This document shows, in pieces, positions 21,950 through 31,462 of a DNA stretch of 64,000 nucleotides. The position numbers were made by a program, and so were the translations under genes. How positions within the stretch are numbered: the stretch's first letter is position 1; every line of letters begins with the position of its first letter. This DNA is from Cyanophora paradoxa CCMP329 (Eukaryota > Plantae > Glaucophyta): the NCBI GenBank assembly GCA_004431415.1, contig QPMI01000671.1:1-64000 (forward strand). Direction: 5' to 3'. The notes under the pieces are model-generated. The model worked only from the letters and a program-made list of their open reading frames with translations. It made no database searches and had not been told where the DNA came from.

Positions 21950-24900
21950 CCGGGCTCCCGCCCGGACCGCGGAGGCGGCGGCGACGGCGCCCGCGTGCCG
22001 GAGCCGAGCCCGAGGAGGTCGGAGATGCGGGCGGCGGGCGTCCTGATGTCCACGCTCCCGTTTCTCGCGTCGTAGTCGACGGGCGCGAGCGCCCGTACCC
22101 CCCTCCACTCGCGCGCGCTGCCCTCGGAGCCCGGCGTCCAGAAGGCCCCGAAGCGCCGCAGCACGACCCAGCGGGACTCGAACTCGCCGCTGGGGAGGCG
22201 CACGGTCTGGACGAGCCGAGCAAAGACCGTCCGCGGGAGCGGGTCCGTCGAGTGCGTCGCCATCGCCGCCGCGACCTGCCCGGGGGGGTACGGGCTCGCG
22301 CTGACCCACCGAAGGTGCCAGGTCGGAGGCGGGGGCCCCTCGGAAGCCGGCTGCGCGACGTGCACGGGGGCGGGGAGGGCCGCGGGCGACCCCGCACCCC
22401 GCCCGCGCCCTCGCCCGTGCCCCGCGCCCCCTCCCCGCCTCTCCCGCGTGCGGCTCGCCCCGCCGGAACAGCTCCGGGCGTGCTGGCGGGCGCCCCCGGC
22501 CGTCTGGAAGATCTACAGTCGGTGAGGGTGCGCGGCGCGCGTGCTCGGGGGTCGCGGGCGGGGAGTTCCTTACCCGCTTGCAGGTCTCGCAGTAGCGGCC
22601 CTCGCCCCGGGCGAGGTCCAGCTCCATCTGGTCCCCGGGTCGAGGCGGCGGCGCTGCCAGTGGAAGCGCTTCGGTTTCCGGGGCCGCTCGGCGGACGACC
22701 CGCTCTCCTCCCCCTCCTCCTCTTCCTCCTCCTCCTCCTCCTCCTCTTCCGCCTCCTCCTCTTGCGACCCCGAACTCGTCTCGGTGCTCTCCTGGGCGGC
22801 CCGGGCCGACCCCGAGCTCCGGCGCTCCCGGCCCGGCCCTCGCCCCGCTCTCCTTCCCCCGGCGGCCGCGCCGCGGGCCGGCCGCGCCGCAACGGCGGGC
22901 GACGGCGCCGGGCCCTCTGCGCGCGCGGATCGCGAGAGGAGGAGGAAGAGGAGGAGGGTGCTGCGCGGGGTCGGGATCTGGAGGCGGCTCGGGAAGGGCC
23001 TCCAGGGGGAGGGAGGGCGGCGGCGGCGGCAGCGGCGGCGGGGGCGGCGGGGCGCCGACGACGAGGCGCCCGGGAGGCCCGTGGGCTCGACGCCGAGCCC
23101 CTGGACCGCGCCTCGTGCTGGAGGGCGAGGCGCTCGAGGTACGCCACGGCGCTCGCCGCCGAGCGCTGGCGCGCCCCGTAATCGTAGTGCAGGGTCGCCG
23201 TCTGGGGCGTGTGGGCGAGGAGGCGGGCGACGCCCTCGACGACGGCCGCCGCGGTCTCGTTCTCGATCAGGTTCGCCGCCGCCTGCTCCCGCACGTGCGT
23301 CGTGATGATCGCCCGCATCGTCTTCGCAGTGATCGGGAGGCCCACGTACTTGAGCATCACCCTGCGCACGAAGACGGCCCACCCGCTCTCCGAGAGGCAG
23401 GTGCCGTTGCTCGAGGCGAAGAGCCAGCCCTCGTCGGCGCGCCCGGCGGGCAGCAGGAGGCCGCGGTAGCGCTCCACGTAGGTCTCGAGGGGGCCTGGAG
23501 CGGGCTGGCGATGGGGACCGTGATCGCGCCGTGCGACTTGGCCGTCTTCGACACCAGCTCCCCCGATTCGTGCCGCATCTCGGTGAGCGAGATCGCCCAC
23601 GCGCCGCCGTCGCGCCGCAGCGTCTGACCGATCTGCAGGCGCCGCACGACCCCCACGCGGGCCGGCGTGATGCTCAGGAACCCGATGAGCACGGCCTCGC
23701 GGAGGGCGAGGGCCCTGTCCCGCTCGAGCGGCGCCGCCTCGAACGCCTCGAGGGCCTCGCGCCGCGCCGAGAGGACGGCCTCGAACGAGACCCAGTTCGG
23801 TCCGCGCTTCCTCCACCCCCGCTGCTGCTTCTTCTCCTTCTCCAACTGCGTCTTCAGGTTCCGGAGCGGGCGGGCGTGCGGACCCTCTCGATCGGCCCCC
23901 GCCTCGGCCCCGGCGGTTCGGCTGTGAACGAACGCGTAGGCCTGCATCACGCTCTGCGTGTACCCCGCGAGGGTGCCGGCCGCGAGCCTGCGCTCGGAGC
24001 GGAGGTAGCCGAGGAAGCGGAGGTAGATCTCCACGAAATCGGTGCGCGCGAAGAGGTCCATCGTGAGCGGCCCGACCTGTTCGCGCTCCTTGACGTACCC
24101 CAGCAGGCGGCAGATCGTGCCGACGTCGTTGACGAGGACCGTCGAGCGCTCGGCGGCGCCGCCCTGGCGGTCGGGTTGAGGGCCGAGGTGCGCCACGTCT
24201 GAAACGCCGCGAGCTGGTTCCTCAGCTCCCGTGACATCTCCGACTCGCGCAGGGCGTAGGGCGCGAGCCGCTCGGCCCCCGGCTCCCCATCTTCGTGCAC
24301 CTCTTCGGCGAGGGCCTCCTCTGTCCCGCCGGCGCGTCGGCCCCGTCCCCGTCGGCGCGCCCCTCGGATTCTTCCCCGTCCTCGTCTCCCTCTCCGCCGT
24401 CCTCGGAGGACGGCGAGGACGAGGACGAGGAGAGGACGGTGATGGAGGGCCCCCCGCCGCCGCCGCGGCCGCGGCCTTGCCGGCCTTTCGAACGGACTTG
24501 GCGGCGGCGGCGGCCGCCGCCGCCGCCGCGGCGGCCGTGGCGGGGACGGCGGGAGGACGACGCGCTCCGCGTCCGGCAGCGAGTCTTCGTCGAAGAGCGC
24601 CACGGCCTGGTCGACGACGCCGCTCTCCAGCATCGTCCGGTACGCCTCGCGCTTCTCCGCGATGAACCGCCCGTTCTCCGCCGCGATCGCCGACGAGATA
24701 GCCTCGCCAGGGTACACGTACGAGAGGCACCCGCTCTCGATCTCGTCGGACCAGGGAAAGCCCGTGAGCACCTCTTGCGTCTTCACCTCGGCGAACCAGA
24801 GGGTCCACGGCCCGCCTGCGGCGGCGGCGGCGGCGGCGGCGAGGTGAGGGGGGGCGCGGGCGCGCGGGGGAGGGGGCCGGAGGAGGGGGGCGGGGCGAGC

Positions 24901-26320
24901 GCGCACACTGATACCCGTCCCCCACCTGCAGGCGGCCGCCCGTCTGGACGACGAACGGGAAGCGCGGAAAGGCCGCCATCGCCGCGTGCTGCAGCTTCGG
25001 CTCGGGGTCCGCGCCGAGCGAGTCCCAGTACCCCACGCGCTTCGCGCTCCCGTCGACGGCGAGGAGGGTCCAGTGGCCGCCCGAGGCCCATCCCTTTGTG
25101 CGCTCCCCGCCGCGCCGCAGGTTGCCCACGCTGACGGGGCAGAGCACGCAGGCGCCGCGCTCGGCGGCGCCAAGGGCTCCCCGCGCGCGCCTGGCCTCGT
25201 CGGCGCGCGCGTACCGCCGGAGGAGCGAGGCGAGAATCTCGACGTGCATGGGGTACAGGGCCCTGACCTTGTCCCCGCGTGCGCCCGGAGGAGCAGGAGC
25301 GAGAGGACGTTGGCGATCTCGGCGTCCTGCGGCGTGGTCGGTACCCCCCCCTCCCCCCCCCCCTTCCCCGCCTCCCTACCCCCCACCTCGCCGAGGCCCC
25401 GCTCACCTTTAGCCAGGTCTTGCGTCCGAAGATGGAGACGCGCGGGGCCGGGGCGAGCGGCAGCGACGGGGCCGAGTCGAGCGTCGCGGGGTCGGCCCCC
25501 TCCAGGAGGAGCCGCGCTCGTTTAAACTCGGCGGCGAGCCCGGGGGCCCGGTCCGGCAGCCCCGCCAGCACCTTTTCGCACCCCAGCGCGCTGATAAACG
25601 CCCAGCGGCGCGCGGAGCCGTACGTCGCCACGTCAGCGCCCAGGCCGCCGTAGTGGACGAGGGTGCGGGTCAGGAGGGCGAGCCGCTCGCGCCCCACCGT
25701 CCGCGTGCTCGCCTCGAACCGGTGAGGCCCGCCCACCGCGAGGTCGGGGTGCTTCCTCACGATCTCCTGGCGCACGCAGTTCGTGCTGCGCGAGTCGCCG
25801 TACGCCGCCTCGGCGAGGCTCGCGAGCGGGATCCACCACTGCAGCTCCGGCGTCTCGATCCGCCGCGCCCGGACGGCCAGGAGCCGATCGCCGCCGGTCC
25901 GAATCAACTGCATCTCGAGCCGCTGCAAGGTGCCCTGCTTTCTCCTCTCCAGCGCCGCATAGAGCTCCGCCGCCGCCCGGGCATGCGCACGTCCTGCGAG
26001 CGCTCCCACGAGTTGCCTATGACCGTCTCGACGTAGCGCAGGGCGAGGACGTGCGGCGGGCGCTCCTGCGCGTCGTAGTGCTTGCGGGGAGGGCGGCGAG
26101 GTGCTCCAGGAGGAGGATCGTGTTCTCATCCCGCAGCGGCCGCGTCGGGACCCCAAAGGTCTCCCGAGGCGCGCGTCGCCCCCGTGAACGCGATGAGGCG
26201 CCTGAGCTCGGGTACGCAGACGCTCGGCCCCGCGTCCGTGCGGAGCACGACCAGGCCCGTCCACCCGTAGGGCCCCTGGAACTCGGCCCTCTCGTAGGTG
26301 TCTGTCACCACGGAGAACAT
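21950..26320 (-). CDS. Multidomain protein: Bro-N-like region + Ulp1/SENP (C48) protease + tyrosine recombinase + C-terminal region (frameshifts, 2-3 introns; 3' end approximate)
   Basis: Ulp1: WLK|DAEIANVL, GGHWTLLAVD (~25070), GYWDSLG, LQVGDGYQC|GPW. YR: SAM-like LRFLGYLRSERRLAAGTLAGY, ITPAR (R ~23658), SKTAK, WLFASSNG, AKTMR, LLAHT, LHYD (Y ~23185). Confidence 0.8.
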
Positions 26321-26438
26321 CCCACGGGCGTTCCCGCGCGCCCCTCTGCCATCCCCGAGCCTCGAGCCGCTCCCGGGATCTCTTTAAGGGCGCCCGCCGG
26401 GGCCCCGCGCCAACGGCTAGCTGTACCCCCCCCCCCAT

Positions 26439-26478
26439 AGCGACTCGTGAGTCACCGATTCGGTGATCAGGAGTCGCT
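26439..26478. repeat. 40-bp near-perfect palindrome upstream of the YR gene
   Basis: AGCGACTCGTGAGTCACCGA-T-TCGGTGATCAGGAGTCGCT, with one mismatch and one bulge. Confidence 0.8.
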
Positions 26479-26784
26479 CTCGATTTGATCTCGCCCCACC
26501 GCCGCACCGGCTCGCCCGCTGCCGGCTGCAAGCGCGCTACTAGCGCAGCCGGGAGCGTAGTGCACGAATCCGGCGTCGCCGGCTCGCTTGCTCGCGTCTT
26601 TCCCCCCTCTCCTAGGGAAGGGGCTCCCCCGGAAGTCGTGATCGAGGGTCCCAGGACCGGGTCATTATGCCGCACTAAAAATACCAGGGGCTAGAAGGGG
26701 CCCCCCCGACGTCTTGCGCGGTGTTAGTGCGGGTCCATTAATTCATCTAACCCCTACTTCACGGGGGGTACGTCCGGTATGGCA

Positions 26785-27048
26785 TACACAGCAGGCGCAG
26801 AGCCGGCGTAAGACAGCAAGTAACAGGTACAGCGTAAGACAGTAAGTACAGAGAACAGGGACGAGAACGACAGCCAGCAAGCGAGCGCCGCGCAGGGCAA
26901 GCGAGGGCCCAGGGCTAAAATAAGCGGGCCAGTTGGCAACAACGTGGCACCAGGAATAGCAGGCTACAAAGGGTACAAGGCAAGGCAAGCTGCCGGCTTA
27001 GAGCCGACGACCAGGGCTAGCTGGGAGTCGGAAAGTGGGCGGCACACG
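26785..27048. repeat. Long terminal direct repeat, left copy
   Basis: tacacagcaggcgcag...agtgggcggcacacg. Confidence 0.95.
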
Positions 27049-28695
27049 CTTCCCGCTACAAAAAGCCGTCCTCGGCGCTACGAGCTAAAGGCTGAACTAA
27101 AGCTGCGTAGGCGAGGCTGAACGGACTACGAGCCACTGGGCCAAAAGCCGGCTACCGTCCCTGCACAGAAAGCCGTCCTCGGCGCCACAGCGGCGGGCCA
27201 GAGGGGCAAATTAAAATCCATCAGGCCGTCGGCACCAGTATGAGGAACTGGGCCCAACAAGGAAAGTTGGGTGAGGGACCCACGACCTGACGCCAGAGCG
27301 CGCGGAGCGCCGCCAGCCAACCGGGGGCAAACCCTCTAAATCCCGCCGGAGGGGAAAACGAGTGCTAGCGCTAGCACTAAGCTCGAATTCGAAACCGGCG
27401 CCGCGCCGCAAGCCGCCGGGCTGCGGCGGCGCCGGGTCGAAAGTTCCACAGTGTAGAAGGTACTTGATGTAGAATGTAGGAGTGTAGGACCGCAGGCTCG
27501 ATCAGCAGAGCCGCAGCGGCAGAGTACGCGTTGCGGGCCAAGCTCGGCGCAGCTTGCCGCATTGCGTTGCCAAGTGACTCGGCCGGCGGAGTCACAAGGC
27601 GGGGCGATCGGACAGCACAGTAGAGTGTGCAGCCGCGTACGCGTAGAGCAGGCAAGCCATGAAGAGTAGAGGCGGCGAGCCAGTCGTACGGGTCAGGCTC
27701 CGCAGCAGCAGCAGGCCACTGGTCGCATCATACAGACCCATCGCCAAGGATCTTCCACGATCAGACGGGATGGCAAACCACGGACACAGCTATCGAGTCC
27801 GCCGGCGTACGCAGATGCAGCGCGTAGCCAGGGCTTAGGCAGGCCACCATCGCGGGACAGGAGACAGCATCAGCGCGGCCCGGAATGATCATCGGTGCTC
27901 GCGTGATAGTCGTAGGCAAGACGTATGGACCTCTCAGCAGCGGAGAGTCGCAAGCGGAGGCTTGGTCGGAAGCACCCGGACTAGAGCGCCGGTGCGTGCT
28001 GGCTTGGTCAGCGTGGAATCACCCACAGCTAAGCAGACCGAAACAGCGCTGGCGTCCAGCTGGAATCACCCAGCTGCCAGGTTCAACCGAAGCACGGGAA
28101 TCACCCAACGGGCCGACGCAGTCGACGCGCGAGCGTGAAGACTGGTCGCGGGGCATCACCCAGTGCTGCTTGCTGACGCTCTTCAACAGACAGGTCCGCT
28201 GTCCGCCGTCCAACTTTAGCTATGGCTGCTCACGTCGTCGTAGGACGTTCCAGAGCGCATTCTTTACGCTTCTGTTGACCTTCGCCCGCCGGACAGGCCT
28301 CGGTCAGACCTCCGCCCGCTGAACAGGCCTCGGTCGCTGATCAAACGCCCCCGACAGGAAAGAACGACAGTCCGCACACGCGTGAGATGTGCGTGAAGCG
28401 ACTGACATCTGGCTTGACGAGCTGGACGTCCCGGAGAAGGGCAGCTACGTCGTCGGAGCCAGGGCAAGGTCTTGGCATCTTGTCTACCGTCTAGGTGCGA
28501 CAGCGCGCACAGTAGACTTGACAACAGATAGATGCGCTTCCTCGCATAGAGATCGCTGTCAAGTGGAGCTGCGCCGGCTTCCACTGACGCGTACGCAACC
28601 CGCAGAGCCGAGAGAGACGCGGAGCCGCACGTCCTCTGGATGCAGGGTGGAGTCAAGTGGAGTGATCCTCACGAGGGATGCCACTCGCCGCCGCT

Positions 28696-28950
28696 GAGCG
28701 TGCCTCGGGAGGTCCGCAGGCGCCACAGCAGCCGTCGTAGGTAAGACCTCGGGCGCGTACTGGGGCCATGTTATCCCAGGGGCTTTCACGTCGCAGCGGT
28801 TTGACTCCATGCGTTCTTCAGATACACTCGCCACCATTGAGCGTGCCTCGGGCTAGCCAGAGGTGCCATCGCAGCCGTCGTAGGTGAGACCTCGGGCGCG
28901 TACTGGGGCCATGTTATCCCAGGGCATTCACGTCTTGGCGGGCTGACTCT
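28696..28950 (+). repeat. Internal ~110-bp imperfect duplication (period ~142 bp)
   Basis: tgagcgtgcctcggg...gcagccgtcgtaggt(a/g)agacctcgggcgcgtactggggccatgttatcccaggg occurs twice. Confidence 0.85.
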
Positions 28951-29771
28951 GTACTTTCTGCAGAGAGCAAAGATTGGTTGACTGGCGCTTCATAGCTGCC
29001 TTGCGAGCCTGGCATGTCACGAGCATGCGGGCAACTCGACAAAACAAGACGACGACGAAAAGAAGGTATGTTTGTGAAGAATACTCAGTCAGACAGCTTT
29101 AATCATCATACGTCTCACTGCACGTGGACCAGAGAAGAAACGACATGCCACGACGACAAGAAGATCATCATTCGATCGGCGTCAACACGCAATTCGATCG
29201 GTATGACGACGTGTGTAGATGTAGAGGGTGTTGCTCCACATACAATACATTTAGTAGTACGTTGTGGTGTCGTCCCCCGATACAATGCAATACAGTTTCA
29301 CTCGACATGCGCGCGGGCTGCATCAGCATTTGCTCTTGAGCGCAGCCACGGCACGTTTAGATGACTGTGAGCGCATGCGGCTCAATAGACGGGTTGGCGG
29401 ACGCTTCCCACTACAGAAAGAGTGGTGCGCCAGGTCCGTAAGCAAGAAAGGCGCAGTGGCGGGTGGAAAGGCATGAACCATGCGGTTCGTATTGCTAAGC
29501 TCTGCCGCATAGGCGCTTCCCACTACAAGAAAGTGGAGGCCGTACGCGCAAGCCAAGGCAAACGATGGCGTGCTTGTCCAGGGGTTCGGGCAAGAGCGCA
29601 GCGTTCGTCCCCAGGCATACGAGCTAAAAAGTCGAAGCCCAACGCAGCAGCCCCCATGCGCTGAGCGGGATGCGCTAAGCAGTTGGCTAGGCCCAGAGGC
29701 GCCCCAAGCAGAGAGGGATCCGGACAGGCCCGTACAGCACCGTAGGGCGACGGCAAGCGGGTGCCATTACG

Positions 29772-30035
29772 TACACAGCAGGCGCAGAGCCGGCGTAAGA
29801 CAGCAAGTAACAGGTACAGCGTAAGACAGTAAGTACAGAGAACAGGGACGAGAACGACAGCCAGCAAGCGAGCGCCGCGCAGGGCAAGCGAGGGCCCAGG
29901 GCTAAAATAAGCGGGCCAGTTGGCAACAACGTGGCACCAGGAATAGCAGGCTACAAAGGGTACAAGGCAAGGCAAGCTGCCGGCTTAGAGCCGACGACCA
30001 GGGCTAGCTGGGAGTCGGAAAGTGGGCGGCACACG
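29772..30035. repeat. Long terminal direct repeat, right copy
   Basis: Same sequence as 26785-27048. Confidence 0.95.
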
Positions 30036-30072
30036 GGCAGTAGCGAGTTCAATTAATTCGATAGCGCTAGCG

Positions 30073-30965
30073 CTAGCTATAGCGCGCGGGCGGCGTGCGC
30101 ACAAGCTTTTCGATCGCGCTCTCGGCGTCAGATCTGGAGCTTCCTCCGATCGCCAGGCCTAGGCGCTCCCAGAACGCAACGCAAACATCGATGGCGTCTG
30201 TCGCCGAGAAGTACGCTGCTTCTAGCTTGTCCGTGGACATGGGGAGAGACATCGCCTGGACGTTGGACACCTACATCGCCGAATCGCATCAGATTTGGTC
30301 CTTATTTGGCGCCCAAGCATGTGCAGCGCGGCGCACGAAGGCTTCGCCCGCAATTTTGACAGCATCTTTCGCTTGCTCGCATGAGCGACGGAGACCTGCG
30401 CTTGTCGACGTCTCCGGTGGCAACTCGAATCCAATCTGCGACGGATCCCGCGGCCGGAACGTATACGTACGTATACACGCGTTAACGATCGCGATGCGCA
30501 TGCCGCAGCAGGCCTAGGCCGCGGCCGCGGCCGGGCCACAAAATCGCGCACGATCTCATCGCTGGCAGCGCAAAGTTCCTTAAGGTGTCGATATAGTCCC
30601 GTCAGCTGCTCCTGCACCTGCAACTGCAATGCGCGCCCGCGCGTGAGATTCCGGCAGCGCGCTTCTCGAAGCGAAGCCTCACTGACATCAAGCTTCGTCG
30701 TCATTAGCGGCCCGGCGGCGCTTCGAGCAGGAATTTCGCTTTCCAGTGCACGCCGGATCGCCGATCGCCGTCACAATTGCAATTCGCGCTGAGCGCAAGA
30801 CGCGGGAGTGCCGGGGAATGACTCTGGCGGGGGTAGGGGGCGTTATAGCTACCGATCGAGCTGCCTGCGGCCGGCCGGCGCCGCAGTCCCGCTCCTTCGA
30901 TTCATGATCACCGCGAAGCGCGCGCCGAGACCCGGCGGTGCACTGCACGCGTTGGCCATGGCCAT
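30073..30965 (-). CDS. Possible small multi-exon hypothetical protein
   Basis: Helical protein-like fragments (EQLTGLYRHLKELCAASDEIVRDF; DKLEAAYFSATDAIDVCVAFWERLG). Exon structure not resolved. Confidence 0.3.
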
Positions 30966-31462
30966 GGGGTGGCATCTAGCTATATTAGATCTAGGGGATT
31001 CAAGCGCGTGGAATGCCGCGGATCCAGAAGCAAGACGCCCGCTCGTCCGCCCGCGCGTCGACGTCGCCAATATTGCAAGGCCGGCGCGCGCCGCGCCTCG
31101 GCCGGCGCCGCGGCCGCCGGGGCCTCCCAGCATTCGAGCACTTCAAAAAAGATCAATTCAATACCGAACCCTTACTTAACCACACGCAGGAAATTCTATG
31201 GGAACTAACGAAAGAAAACCTCACTCAATACAATACACCCTTGGCCGGCGCCGCAGGGCTGCCCGATGGGGCGGACCCGGCGACGCAGCGCCTCAAAGAA
31301 AGCGCAGCCTCCCTATGGCAAAATAATGCACGCAAGATAAGACAAGTACCGTCGAAGAAAGGGACGAAATACACGACAAACACGAGTGGGCGACACTGGA
31401 AAACGGGACGAAAAAATTTGGGAGGGCCGAAGAAGGCGGGGCGGGGCGGGGCGGGGCAGGGG

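Larger units (their letters stand above)
8760..26780. mobile_element. Putative large tyrosine-recombinase element with cargo (ends not defined)
   Basis: Contiguous block of YR-Ulp1 gene, GIY-YIG, AAA ATPase, intronless propeller-like ORF and repeat arrays, with no recognisable housekeeping gene, flanked by two other TEs. Unity of the block is inferred. Confidence 0.45.
26785..30035 (-). mobile_element. Non-autonomous LTR-like element (3.25 kb)
   Basis: 264-bp direct repeats, identical by eye, at 26785-27048 and 29772-30035. ggca on both outer flanks (26781-26784, 30036-30039). No intact internal ORF. Orientation is tentative, from a purine-rich tract beside the left repeat and a TGG start beside the right repeat on the minus strand. 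Confidence 0.8.

Noticed and set aside
1-26320. Gag region and YR gene as one DIRS-like retroelement
   Set aside because: The YR lies 15 kb upstream of gag with unrelated genes between, and the gag element has an aspartic protease, which DIRS elements lack.
21950-26320. Programmed frameshifting or pseudogenisation of the YR gene
   Set aside because: Single-base indels also differ between the near-identical triplicated copies, so sequencing error is a sufficient explanation until the sequence is polished.
8760-26780. Polinton/PLV, virophage or DIRS assignment
   Set aside because: No recognisable pPolB, capsid, A32 ATPase or RT/RNase H, and no long TIRs. A highly divergent capsid cannot be excluded without HMM searches.
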